Assembly (NCBI GenBank): GCA_045654405.1
Contig: JAZONH010000044.1
Location: forward strand, 56,817-120,816
Source of the DNA: Acutalibacteraceae bacterium
Lineage (GTDB): Bacteria; Bacillota; Clostridia; Oscillospirales; Acutalibacteraceae
Direction of reading: 5' to 3'
Length of the DNA: 64,000 bases
Below are positions 54,902-64,000 of the stretch, piece by piece. Position numbers and translations under genes: made by a program. Within the stretch, counting starts at the first letter, position 1, and each line of letters opens with the position of its first letter. Below the pieces are notes generated by a model that saw nothing but the letters and a program-made list of their open reading frames with translations, was not told the DNA's origin and ran no database searches.

Positions 54902-55675
54902 TTATATATGCGCCTTACCTTCCCATTCCTTTGCAGGGGGAACATCTAAAAGCTTTGCAATTGTAACAGCAACGTCCTTGATGGATACGTCAAAAATTTC
55001 CTTGTTCTTTTCAAAGGGCTTGCCACAGAAAAGAATCGGGATTGTCATATCCTCGGGCATATCGGAGCCGTGACTTCTGTCGTGACCGCCGTGGTCGGCA
55101 AGAAGGATAATTGTGTAATCATCAGAAATGCTGTTCTGCAATTTTTCAACACAGGAAAGAGCCTTGCTTACGCTCTTCATATACTGCTCACTCATCCAGC
55201 CACAATCGTGACCGCCAACCTCGTCAGTTTCACCAAGGTATAAGAAAAGGAAGTCGGGTACTGCTTCGTTAATATATTTAATAGCCGCATCGGTGATTTT
55301 AATATCTGTGTCGCTCTGCTTGTGCTGATTTATGCAAAGAGAAACATCAAGATGGTCAAATCTGCATAAATCACGAAGCTCCTCCCAGGTATAGAAGAAG
55401 GCGCACTTTTTATCGTAATCATCAAAACGGTCAAACATACCCTTTATGGGGCGAACCTGGGGAACGTAGCCGTTGGTTAAAATACCGTGACGCTCGGGGT
55501 CAACGCTATGAAAAAGTGACATATGACAAGGAAGTGTAACAGAGGGCATTACAGTTCTTGCCTTTAATGAATACGTACTGTTCTCAACCAATTTTTGTGC
55601 AAAGGGGTTGCCGCACTGCATCATACCATCGGGACGCATACCGTCAACGAGCACAAGAATAACTTTTTCTGACAT
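54902..55675 (-). CDS. Alkaline-phosphatase-superfamily protein (nucleotide pyrophosphatase/phosphodiesterase-like)
   Basis: ATG at 55675 after AAAGGTGA. LVLVDGMRPDG, GETDEVGGHDCG and LADHGGHD metal-site motifs. No signal peptide. Confidence 0.7.
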   Translation of the reverse strand: MSEKVILVLVDGMRPDGMMQCGNPFAQKLVENSTYSLKARTVMPSVTLPCHMSLFHSVDPERHGILTNGYVPQVRPIKGMFDRFDDYDKKCAFFYTWEELRDLCRFDHLDVSLCINQHKQSDTDIKITDAAIKYINEAVPDFLFLYLGETDEVGGHDCGWMSEQYMKSVSKALSCVEKLQNSISDDYTIILLADHGGHDRSHGSDMPEDMTIPILFCGKPFEKNKEIFDVSIKDVAVTIAKLLDVPPAKEWEGKAHI

Positions 55676-55702
55676 AATAATCACCTTTTTATATTATTTT
55701 CT

Positions 55703-56617
55703 TTACTTTTTTATTACGCTTGCAGGAAGCTCATACACCTGACGACAGGTTTCAACTTCAGTATTTAAATATTCCACTATAATCTGTGAACCGTCCTCAG
55801 AAAAATATGCCGAGGAAATATTTTCAACAAAAGTAGCAATAGGTTCATCAAAATCATCAATCGTATAAACAATTTCTCCGCTGAAAATATCAGAAACTTC
55901 AACAATGCCTGAACCCGTGTTGCAGGTAAGGTTACCGTAACTATCGGTCTGACCGCTATAAGTCGGTGAAATCTCACCTGTTTTTATGTTGTAATACACA
56001 CTGTTCCTCGCATAAATTCCCGTGCCACCCTGAATCCACCGGCAAACTATATCTTCACTTTCTCTTGTTATGTGAGGAGCACGTAAACTGATATCACAAA
56101 CCAATACGGTCCCCTCTATATCATACACACCGTATTCATATCTTTGAGTAACCGGCGTTGTACCTTTTCTGTAATATGAATCTGTTTCCGAAAATATTGG
56201 CTCAAGATACTCATTCAGTTTTTCAAAAATGCCCTCACTGATGAAACTCTCTTTATTAATAAAGCCGTCTACAGATAACTCTATAACATCGTTAGTATAA
56301 AAGGTTATCCCTATGCTTTCCCAATCAGACGTTAAAAAACGGATATAAAAATGTTCATCTGTTGTTTGAGCTTCTGTTACGGGTTTCATCTCAAACCCAT
56401 TTAAAAACTCAGAAAAATCTTTTACGTACGGTTTATATTTATTATTGAAATCATACTCCCTATTGTCATAGTTTATAGTAAGCATGGTGTTTCTTGCATC
56501 AAATGCAAAATTTTGTCCCGAAACCACTTGCTTGAAGGTTGTTTTGTTTTCACTATTGCCACAACCACTTATACATATAAGCAAAAATACAACAAGTAAT
56601 ATTGACACTTTTTTCAT
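55703..56617 (-). CDS. Lipoprotein, unknown function
   Basis: 304 aa. Signal peptide and lipobox LLICISGCGN. Confidence 0.6.
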   Translation of the reverse strand: MKKVSILLVVFLLICISGCGNSENKTTFKQVVSGQNFAFDARNTMLTINYDNREYDFNNKYKPYVKDFSEFLNGFEMKPVTEAQTTDEHFYIRFLTSDWESIGITFYTNDVIELSVDGFINKESFISEGIFEKLNEYLEPIFSETDSYYRKGTTPVTQRYEYGVYDIEGTVLVCDISLRAPHITRESEDIVCRWIQGGTGIYARNSVYYNIKTGEISPTYSGQTDSYGNLTCNTGSGIVEVSDIFSGEIVYTIDDFDEPIATFVENISSAYFSEDGSQIIVEYLNTEVETCRQVYELPASVIKK

Positions 56618-56644
56618 AACTGCAACAACCTTTCCGAGAAATTT

Positions 56645-56676
56645 AAAAAAAGACCCCTAACTAAAAGTCAGGGGTG
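56645..56676 (-). terminator. Rho-independent terminator
   Basis: On the minus strand, CACCCCTGAC-TTTTAG-TTAGGGGT (one mismatch) is followed by CTTTTTTT. Confidence 0.7.
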
Positions 56677-56682
56677 ATTTTC

Positions 56683-56928
56683 TTATTCAAGCGGAATGCC
56701 TGCTGCGAATGTGCCTTTTCTTTCAGCGTATTCTTCATCAGTCATCTTAAGGATTTCGATACCGAGGATGATACCCTTAATCATATTGATGATGCCGATA
56801 ACGCCACAAGAAACGAAACCGTAAACGATTCTTAAGATACCTGCTTTAACATTACCCTGAATGAAGCAAGGAACACCGTAAGAATTCAAAAGAAGTGTTA
56901 AAACACCGAATAAAACTCTGTTATCCAT
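56683..56928 (-). CDS. Small two-TM membrane protein (TM2-like)
   Basis: ATG at 56928 after AAAGGAGAA. 81 aa, hydrophobic. Confidence 0.5.
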   Translation of the reverse strand: MDNRVLFGVLTLLLNSYGVPCFIQGNVKAGILRIVYGFVSCGVIGIINMIKGIILGIEILKMTDEEYAERKGTFAAGIPLE

Positions 56929-57043
56929 TTTTATTCTCCTTTGAAAAAATATTTTGTACAATTATAATAACATATCCAAAAAAAATGTCAATAGATATAT
57001 AAAATTTGGTTAATTAATATGAAAAAACCAATAAAAATATTAC

Positions 57044-58492
57044 TTATTTCAAAGGTGCAAGGTTAAGATTTTCGTCAGCAATCATAAACTGAGGATACTG
57101 GCTGAAGGTCTTAACTGTGGGCTGTGTTTCGCTTTCAAGAAGTGTGAATGTGAACTCGCTGAAGCCTGTGCCGTAATCTGCCGCAACGTGGGGAGCATCC
57201 TTAACAAACCATGTGTTGTCGGGGCAAAGTGCAGTTGAAGCGTCAATAACCTTGTCAGCAGAAACGTATTTGTAGTGTGCCGCCGCAAGCTGGTCTGCAG
57301 TAAGAATTTCTCTTAAGGGGGCAACTGTTGCGAAGTTTGATGTAAGCTCTGTTTCAAGAACGCCGTCACCATTTACGCCTGCCTTTGCGTGAACGGGTGT
57401 AAGTGTGCCGTTGTAGTTGGAAACGAAGGAGATTTTAACACCGTCTGCCATAGCATCGGTAATTGTTTCCTCGGTGCTGTAAACAAAGGTCTTTGTTTCC
57501 TCTAATTTTTCAAGTAATACGGGGTATTCTTCCTCGTGACCGCCGAAGATTGTTTCCAAAGCACCCTCAAAGTCAGCATCGGGACAAAGTGCCCAGAAGC
57601 CGCAAAGTGTACCGAAGCAATCACGTAAAACTCTGTCGTTTGCTTCGTCAAAGCTATCAACAACAATATCGTTTACAATGGCTGTCAATGAATCAAACAC
57701 ACCAAGACCATCAAAGATACCTAAGAACAATTTTAAGAACATATTATCATCGGTAGACTCGTAAATAAGGTTGAGAAGAATATCGGTATCAAAAACGATT
57801 CTGCCGTTAAGGGCTTCACCGCAAACGTAGGTGCCGTTCTGTGCACCTGAAAGGTAAACGATGGATTCAACACTGTCTGTGCCGTAATAGTACATATAAG
57901 CGGTTGTTACCATACCACCCATTGAAGCACAGATAATATTAACCTTATCCTTGCCACTGTCACTCTTTGCAGTGTCAATAAAGCCTTTGAGCTCCTCTGC
58001 AAGAAGGGCGGGTGTTTTACGCCAGTCGTATGTGAAGTAATAGGTGTTTTCTGCACCGTATCTTTCAACTGCGGTTTTAACAATGCCGGGCTCGCCGCCG
58101 TCAGTAAGGCTTGCAACGAACTCGGGGTGGTTTGCCATTGAGCCGGGGTACTGCACCATAGAAATGGGCTCGATTGTGTTACCCTCTTTATCGCAGGCAA
58201 GTGGTGAAAGAATTTCGTATGCTACGTCAAGAGCCGTATCCATAACAATGCTCTCGTCAATAACGTTCATACGAGCAAAAAGTGACTGGAACAAAAGGGG
58301 TACTATTGAGCCTAACTCAACGTTCAATGCCTTGCTTCCGTCCTCGTAGGTAAGACCTGCAAAATCAATACCTCTTACGATAACAACGGGGTTGCCGTCG
58401 TAATTTGCAGTGGTCTGACCCTGAGCAAATACGGGAATTGTAATAGAGAATACTAATACAACTGCCAAAACTACAGAAACTATCTTTTTCAT
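57044..58492 (-). CDS. Secreted alpha/beta-hydrolase (lipase/esterase-like)
   Basis: Signal peptide MKKIVSVVLAVVLVFSITIPVFA. Nucleophile elbow IICASMGG (AxSxG). Confidence 0.6.
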   Translation of the reverse strand: MKKIVSVVLAVVLVFSITIPVFAQGQTTANYDGNPVVIVRGIDFAGLTYEDGSKALNVELGSIVPLLFQSLFARMNVIDESIVMDTALDVAYEILSPLACDKEGNTIEPISMVQYPGSMANHPEFVASLTDGGEPGIVKTAVERYGAENTYYFTYDWRKTPALLAEELKGFIDTAKSDSGKDKVNIICASMGGMVTTAYMYYYGTDSVESIVYLSGAQNGTYVCGEALNGRIVFDTDILLNLIYESTDDNMFLKLFLGIFDGLGVFDSLTAIVNDIVVDSFDEANDRVLRDCFGTLCGFWALCPDADFEGALETIFGGHEEEYPVLLEKLEETKTFVYSTEETITDAMADGVKISFVSNYNGTLTPVHAKAGVNGDGVLETELTSNFATVAPLREILTADQLAAAHYKYVSADKVIDASTALCPDNTWFVKDAPHVAADYGTGFSEFTFTLLESETQPTVKTFSQYPQFMIADENLNLAPLK

Positions 58493-58518
58493 CCTTTAAT
58501 CTCCTTAAAATTAAAAGT

Positions 58519-59382
58519 TTATACTAATTCATTATACTGATAAACTCTTACATAATCAACTATAAATTGTACTTCCTCAGCAAAAATATTTTCTCTTTGA
58601 GAAGGAATGCCGTTTTCACCCTTCATTTCTACGGAAAGAATCAGGTATTCTTCGTTTTGACTGACTCCGCCGAAGTCCGTGCGGAAGGTTTCAACACCAT
58701 TAATATAGAAAATGTACTCATCCTCATTCCATTCAAGGCCGTAGGTGTTAAACTCCTCATAGGGGTTATTATCAAGGTAGCTCTTTTTGGCACCCATTGC
58801 CTTGTGAGCGTCGCCGTAGCCATCATAATGAAGGTTGCTTGTGACTGCGTTGTTGAGTAAATCACCGTAGCAATCACTTTCAAAAATATCTATCTCAGTA
58901 CCGTCGGTGCCGGTGCCGTTTTCGTTATAAACGCCGTCATTCATAAGCCAGAAGGCGCTCCAAATATCAGCACCCTCGGGAAGAATGCAACGACACTCAA
59001 AATAGCCATATTTCTGGCTAAAGCCGTTGGGCGCATCCCCATCGGTATCGATACCTGCACTGTACCAGCCTGCACCCTTGCCACCCATACCATCTTCAAG
59101 GTATTTAACGGGGATTACAAGACTTCCGTCCTCAGTGTAAGCAAGGTACTGATTCCAATAGCTACCCTTTCGGGCTTCCGTAACATCACCGTACTGATAA
59201 TGTCCCGACCACACGCTACGGTCAAGCTCATCCTCAAACTCCTCACTGAAGGTAAGTGAAAATTTTTCTGTCGGTAACGGATTATTGCCGCCCGGAGAAA
59301 AAGAGGGTATGTTCAATATTGAGGCTAAAAAAACCATAATTGAACTAAAAAACGATATTATTGTCTGAAAAATATCACTCAC
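58519..59382 (-). CDS. Glycoside hydrolase family 16 (beta-glucanase/laminarinase-like)
   Basis: GTG start 7 nt after AAGGAGG. Catalytic GTEIDIFE (ExDxxE) motif. N-terminal hydrophobic anchor. Confidence 0.75.
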   Translation of the reverse strand: MSDIFQTIISFFSSIMVFLASILNIPSFSPGGNNPLPTEKFSLTFSEEFEDELDRSVWSGHYQYGDVTEARKGSYWNQYLAYTEDGSLVIPVKYLEDGMGGKGAGWYSAGIDTDGDAPNGFSQKYGYFECRCILPEGADIWSAFWLMNDGVYNENGTGTDGTEIDIFESDCYGDLLNNAVTSNLHYDGYGDAHKAMGAKKSYLDNNPYEEFNTYGLEWNEDEYIFYINGVETFRTDFGGVSQNEEYLILSVEMKGENGIPSQRENIFAEEVQFIVDYVRVYQYNELV

Positions 59383-59439
59383 TGACAGTCCTCCTTATTT
59401 AAGGTCGCATTATTTATGCCTTATTTTTATAAATGTCTG

Positions 59440-60417
59440 TTATTTTGTAGATACCACAAAGGTCATTCTTTCCTGAATGCTTTCGTCGCCGTGACCCGAG
59501 CCGTAGCCGCCATGGTCTGATGTAAGAATAATAAGCCAATCCTCCTGAGCATAGGTTTCCCTCTGCTTTATTGCATTAATTGTTTCGAGGGCGTATGCAT
59601 CTGCAGTAACAAATGCCTCCTTATACCTTGGATTGTTGTATGAAAAGCCGTAATCATGGCCCGTTGAATCTGTGGGCTCATAAATAACGAAAATAAAGTC
59701 CTGACAATTTTCCTTGCTGATAGCGTCAACGGTATATTCTAAGGATTTTGCATCGTCCTCACATTTGTTGAAGGTAACGTTGAGCGCATTATCCTCGCAA
59801 TATTTCTTTTCGTCGTTATAGGTTGCATCTTCTCTTGAAAAATGACCTGCCCAACGGGTAACAAAAAGGGAGCCTTCGATTGTGCCATCCTCTACAAGGG
59901 TGGTAAGAAGTGTTTTGGGCTCGACGCTTTTCACAATATCATTTGCGGTAATACCTGTTTTATCCGCCCACTCGCCCGTAAGAATCGAACACCATCCGGG
60001 AGCCGTTGAGGTTGCCTGAGTATTAGCCTGCGGATAATTAACGCCGCCGCAATAGGCAAGCTTAAGGGACGCGCCCTCATCCACCAACAGTGCTATACCA
60101 CTGTTATCCGACTGTATTTCAGTAAGTATATCTGCCCTGCAGCCATCATATCCGATAACAATAGCCTTCTTCTGGGTTTTGCCCTCGGGAAGCTCCGACT
60201 TAAAATGCCCGTCTATAATTGCATATAAGTCTGTCTGCGGTATAGCGGTTTCAATGGTATTTTCATAATTGACCGCTTCCACGTTTTTTCTGTATAATTC
60301 CTCGGTATCCTTGAAATCGATTCTGAATTTAAGTGAATCCCAAGCAATTGCTCCGCCCACAATGCTTAAAACAAGCACTACTGCCACAATTGCTACTGCT
60401 AATTTCTTTTTATTCAT
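59440..60417 (-). CDS. Membrane-anchored alkaline-phosphatase-superfamily protein (NPP-like)
   Basis: N-terminal TM LAVAIVAVVLVLSIVGGAIA. IVIGYDGCRAD, TSTAPGW, DSTGHDYG, TSDHGG. Confidence 0.7.
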   Translation of the reverse strand: MNKKKLAVAIVAVVLVLSIVGGAIAWDSLKFRIDFKDTEELYRKNVEAVNYENTIETAIPQTDLYAIIDGHFKSELPEGKTQKKAIVIGYDGCRADILTEIQSDNSGIALLVDEGASLKLAYCGGVNYPQANTQATSTAPGWCSILTGEWADKTGITANDIVKSVEPKTLLTTLVEDGTIEGSLFVTRWAGHFSREDATYNDEKKYCEDNALNVTFNKCEDDAKSLEYTVDAISKENCQDFIFVIYEPTDSTGHDYGFSYNNPRYKEAFVTADAYALETINAIKQRETYAQEDWLIILTSDHGGYGSGHGDESIQERMTFVVSTK

Positions 60418-60437
60418 AATATCACCTCAAAAACATT

Positions 60438-62009
60438 TTACCACGTCAGGGCTTCGTCAAAGATTTTAATGCCGCTGTTATCAAACGCCTCAATTAAAAT
60501 TTCCTTTTCGCCGAAGGTAACAAAGGATGCCACGTATTCATCATTGGAATATCCGCCTACTACGTAGCTTGCAATATCGGGAAATCTGCTTGACATTGCC
60601 TGCTCTTTTTCGTCACCCGTGCCTAAAAATCTGCATTGGTGAATGTGCCCCGACATAATAAGCCTTGCGCCAAGTCGGTCAAGCTCGCCCCAGCCTGCAA
60701 GGGACAAATCCTCCTCAATATCGCTGATTGCCCACGAATGGCACAGAGCAACCACCCTGTCATTCTTAACCTCAACGGTCTTAAGCCAATCAATCATATC
60801 CTCACGGTATTTTTTGTACTCGGTCATACCGCCGTATTCGGGGTGGGTGTCAACCTTATCCTCACCGCTATCAAGCACCACGAAGGAAACACCGCCCACG
60901 TCTGCAGTATAATAAAACTCATCAAGCCCTAAGGCTTCAAGAATTTTGCCTGCATATTCACCACGGGTTTCGTGGTTGCCCCTGGCATAAATTACGGGCT
61001 TTGCACCCATTGAAAGCTCGCCTGCAAAATTAACAACATTGCTTACAACCTGCTCCTCAAAATCCACACCCGGTGTAGCATCGCCCAAAAGGATTATTGC
61101 ATCGTAATCTCCGCCGTATGAAATAGCATCAAACGCCTTTTTGGTGTAGGTGTGCCAGTCAGAAATTACAAGGCAGGTCATATTTTCTGATTTCGGGGGT
61201 GTGAGCTTATACTCCCCCGAGGTAACAGTTTTACCCGTGTGACTGCCGTAGCTATATTGCTCCATAACCCTTTGAGAGCCGATTTTGTAGGTGTTATTTT
61301 CAAGATGCTCGTAGGGTATATTTACACTGTGAATTTTACTGTCGCTTTTTAATCTGCCGCCGTTTTCATCAAAAATTTTATAATCCTTACCGCCGTAGCT
61401 GTATTCAACAAAGCCTGTGCCGTATTCATTGGTGGAAAAAACAACGCTGTAATCCTTGCCCGTATCAATAACCATCGGGTGTGACGTAAGCTTATATGGT
61501 GTAAGGGGAAAAAGATTGAATACCACAATAACAAGCGTTACTGCTAAGGCTACCGCCACAACACCCTTACGGGCTTTACCCTTAATAAAACCGAGAAACA
61601 GTGCAAGCAGTGGCACCGCACCGAAGAAAAATGCATTCAAAAGTGACTTTTTAAGGTAGAGAAGATAACCCTCCTTAGCCTCGCCCCTGCCGTTTAACAA
61701 GGCAAAGACCAATGCTACCATAAAAAGAAGCAGCGTAATTGCATATTCAATAATGCATATAATTTTAAAGACTTTTTTGTTGCAAATCGCCTCGTTTTTG
61801 AGTCGGACAAAGAGCAAGACCCCAAGAATCACGCAATTAAGAATCATCACGTAAAGAAGCCCGAAGGTAAAGCTCTCGATATTCACCGAAATATCAACAA
61901 AAACCCAGGTTGCTCTTGCGGCATAATAGATAACGGGTGATATAACCGACAAAGCCAATAAAAGCCAGGTAAATAAAGGACTCTTTAAAAAATCTTTTAT
62001 TTTTTTCAT
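60438..62009 (-). CDS. Polytopic membrane protein with a C-terminal calcineurin-like metallophosphoesterase domain
   Basis: About 5 N-terminal TMs. LVISDWHT, LLGDATPG, RGNHE, SGHIH motifs. Confidence 0.7.
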   Translation of the reverse strand: MKKIKDFLKSPLFTWLLLALSVISPVIYYAARATWVFVDISVNIESFTFGLLYVMILNCVILGVLLFVRLKNEAICNKKVFKIICIIEYAITLLLFMVALVFALLNGRGEAKEGYLLYLKKSLLNAFFFGAVPLLALFLGFIKGKARKGVVAVALAVTLVIVVFNLFPLTPYKLTSHPMVIDTGKDYSVVFSTNEYGTGFVEYSYGGKDYKIFDENGGRLKSDSKIHSVNIPYEHLENNTYKIGSQRVMEQYSYGSHTGKTVTSGEYKLTPPKSENMTCLVISDWHTYTKKAFDAISYGGDYDAIILLGDATPGVDFEEQVVSNVVNFAGELSMGAKPVIYARGNHETRGEYAGKILEALGLDEFYYTADVGGVSFVVLDSGEDKVDTHPEYGGMTEYKKYREDMIDWLKTVEVKNDRVVALCHSWAISDIEEDLSLAGWGELDRLGARLIMSGHIHQCRFLGTGDEKEQAMSSRFPDIASYVVGGYSNDEYVASFVTFGEKEILIEAFDNSGIKIFDEALTW

Positions 62010-62021
62010 TCTTTTACCCTC

Positions 62022-63131
62022 TTACTTTGTTATTGCTTCAAGATATTGGGGATATTCGAGCGTAAGGGTGTTACGGTCGATTATGCCGAAGGACTCGCCG
62101 TTATCCCACACCATACACGAAAAGCCTAATTTTTCTGCAAGCTCCAGGTAATATTTTGCGTTGACTGTAAGATTATCTATATTTTCGCGGTCAGTCCAGC
62201 CATACTCGCTTTTTACTACACCGTAGCCCTTTTGGATATAGCAATCGTGCATTGTTCTGAAAATTTTATATAGCTCAAGCTTCTCACTGATTCCCCATTC
62301 CTTTTCGGCATCAGGAAATTCAGACTGATGGGCAGTGCCGAAATAATAATGCACTGACACAATAACCCTTTCATCCTCGGGAAGCTCAAGGGCTTTAACG
62401 TTTTCAGGAAGTCCGCTTGCGGCATACGTAGGAATTAAAACGTAGCGTGTTGCGTTATTACCGCCACTTTTTCTTATGGTATCAAGGGCGGCAAGGTTAA
62501 GGTAATTCACAACCTCACGGGTTTCGGGGTTGCCCTGCCATTCGTCCTCGGCACCCTCAACACGGGGCTCATTCATGGTTTCAAACACAAGGCTTTCGTC
62601 GTAATCTTTGAACCTGCAGGCAATCTGTGCCCACACCTTAGTGAGAATCTCCTCTGAGGATTCCTTGTGCGCGTTGTCGGTTATAAGCCAGAAGGCATCG
62701 TCGTGGTGAACGTTTATAATCACCTTTAAATCAAGCTCAAGTGCCCAATCCACAACCTGATTCACACGGTCAAGCCACGCCTCATCAATTGTGTAATCGG
62801 GTGCATCACCCAAATGCTGAGCCCAGGTTATGGGGATTCGCACACTGTCGAAGCCGCATTCCTTAACGTAGGCAAAAAGCTCCCTTGTGGTTTCGGGGTT
62901 GCCCCACATAGTTTCGGTTTCAAGCCCCGCCTTTTGGGTTGAATGCTTTTCGCAGGCATCAAAGGTGTTACCGAGATTCCAACCACGCCCCAGGGACTGA
63001 GCAAATTTTATAGAATCAGTCATTTCATAGTCGGGGTATAATATTTCATCCCTCATAGCAAAAATCACTCCGCTTAAAATAATTGCAACCGCCAGAACAA
63101 CAGACAATATCTTAACAATTTTCTTTTTCAT
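62022..63131 (-). CDS. Glycoside hydrolase family 5 endoglucanase-like
   Basis: N-terminal anchor. GWNLGNTFDA, INVHHD, FETMNEPR (acid/base NEP). Confidence 0.8.
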   Translation of the reverse strand: MKKKIVKILSVVLAVAIILSGVIFAMRDEILYPDYEMTDSIKFAQSLGRGWNLGNTFDACEKHSTQKAGLETETMWGNPETTRELFAYVKECGFDSVRIPITWAQHLGDAPDYTIDEAWLDRVNQVVDWALELDLKVIINVHHDDAFWLITDNAHKESSEEILTKVWAQIACRFKDYDESLVFETMNEPRVEGAEDEWQGNPETREVVNYLNLAALDTIRKSGGNNATRYVLIPTYAASGLPENVKALELPEDERVIVSVHYYFGTAHQSEFPDAEKEWGISEKLELYKIFRTMHDCYIQKGYGVVKSEYGWTDRENIDNLTVNAKYYLELAEKLGFSCMVWDNGESFGIIDRNTLTLEYPQYLEAITK

Positions 63132-63135
63132 TGTA

Positions 63136-63801
63136 TCATTCCTCTATCTGCATTTGCTCCTTGTGAAATTTACGCACGGTTATAAACGCACCGATTACGC
63201 AATACAGGGCATAAACACCGTATATCAGATAGGTTAATTGACTTATGTCGTTGGCAACCATCTGTATATTCAGGAAAAGCCCCATAACCGCCTGTACAAT
63301 CCACAAATAGGTGTACTCGATATATGCGAGCATTGTAAGCACGGGAATAATAAAGCCAAAAAGCAGTGTGATGCTGTCAAGCACCGCATATTCATACTTA
63401 AAGTAATGTAATATCGCCGCAAGAATTGCCCAAAGGGCTAAGCCGCCAATACCTGCAACAACACGCACCTTGTTGGACATTCTTTTAAAAACAGCCGTTT
63501 TTGTTTTTTTGTAGGCGTTTTTCTTCCAGTTAAAGAAGGTCATAAGCTGTAGGGGGAAGCTGAAAAGGAATGCGGATGCCGCCGAGCCGTAAACACCCAT
63601 AAAAATATATGTAACCGTGTATAAAACCGCGTTACACGCTCCGATTAAAGCGCCGATTCGGTTTGCCTCGGACTGAAAGGACATAACGAAAAGGGAAACA
63701 AATAAGGGAAGCATAAGAAAAAACCTCTGCCTTGTAAGTATCCCTGCAACCAGTATGGCAACGCCCGTAAGAACGATTATTATGATTTTGGATTTTTTCA
63801 T
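63136..63801 (-). CDS. pnuC: Nicotinamide riboside transporter PnuC family
   Basis: 221 aa with 7-8 TMs. The W-rich FFNWKKN loop and overall pattern resemble PnuC. Confidence 0.65.
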   Translation of the reverse strand: MKKSKIIIIVLTGVAILVAGILTRQRFFLMLPLFVSLFVMSFQSEANRIGALIGACNAVLYTVTYIFMGVYGSAASAFLFSFPLQLMTFFNWKKNAYKKTKTAVFKRMSNKVRVVAGIGGLALWAILAAILHYFKYEYAVLDSITLLFGFIIPVLTMLAYIEYTYLWIVQAVMGLFLNIQMVANDISQLTYLIYGVYALYCVIGAFITVRKFHKEQMQIEE

Positions 63802-63925
63802 TTAATCACCACTTTTGTAATATTTTAGCACAGTGTTGATATAATTGCAATTTTAAAATACTATTTACTTATATACAAACAAGTAGTATAATATAGCCTG
63901 TAAACTCCCGAAAGGACTTGATAAT

Positions 63926-64000
63926 ATGTTAAAGTATATCGGCATTGCATTGCTTGTTGTGCTTGCAGTTATTGTTTTGCTCCTTATAATTGCCGCTTTA
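63926..64000 (+). CDS. Start of a membrane protein gene (3' end outside the window)
   Basis: The ATG at 63926 follows GAAAGGA. MLKYIGIALLVVLAVIVLLLIIAAL is open to the window end. Confidence 0.4.
   Translation, partial: MLKYIGIALLVVLAVIVLLLIIAAL

Noticed and set aside
63802-63925. NAD+-II (pnuC-motif) riboswitch upstream of pnuC
   Set aside because: A TTGCAA-17-TAAAAT promoter (63822-63850, minus strand) leaves a leader of only ~15-20 nt before the ATG. I see no pseudoknot-forming conserved sequence.

Overview
This is a 64-kb chromosomal window that looks like a low/mid-GC Bacillota, probably Clostridia-like. That guess rests on AGGAGG-type RBSs, hairpin+T-run terminators, a UPF0210/ACT gene pair and a T7SSb-type EssC. 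I could support about 55 protein genes. I saw no rRNA, tRNA, CRISPR array, transposase, integrase or prophage genes.

Housekeeping blocks:
- A GPH sugar symporter (5' partial), a lipoprotein, a nitroreductase, mnmG and a GH2 enzyme (1-6.5 kb).
- dCMP deaminase and fba (13.4-14.8 kb).
- nadA-nadB-nadC (15.6-18.8 kb).
- glyA, an isolated fucI, and glnA.

Accessory, envelope-related blocks:
- Secreted PHP-domain and ceramidase-like proteins (9.7-13.1 kb).
- Repeat-rich surface proteins and small zinc-ribbon membrane proteins (22.3-27.7 kb).
- An HTH plus degenerate-kinase pair and a WG-repeat/OmpA lipoprotein (27.7-30.9 kb).
- A co-directional run of exported hydrolases ending with pnuC (54.9-63.8 kb).

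The outstanding region is 31.0-52.2 kb on the minus strand. An ~18.8-kb, ten-gene operon lies behind a consensus TTGACA-17-TATAAT promoter. It ends in esaB/yukD plus a 1502-aa EssC, but has no room for a WXG100 gene and no evident EsaA, EssA or EssB. In their place it encodes:
- two paralogous FHA proteins;
- a PP2C phosphatase;
- a transmembrane Hanks kinase;
- a membrane-anchored protein with ten ETAxL motifs;
- a 4-TM protein;
- a 2106-aa Ig-repeat surface protein;
- a TadZ/CpaE-like ATPase.

Immediately upstream, apparently co-transcribed with glnA, is a three-part fusion: a degenerate SGNH-like domain, an FHA domain and a Hanks kinase. I read this as a phospho-threonine-controlled, non-canonical T7SSb-like system. 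I cannot assign it to a described subtype from sequence alone.

All domain calls come from motif reading by eye. No database search was possible.
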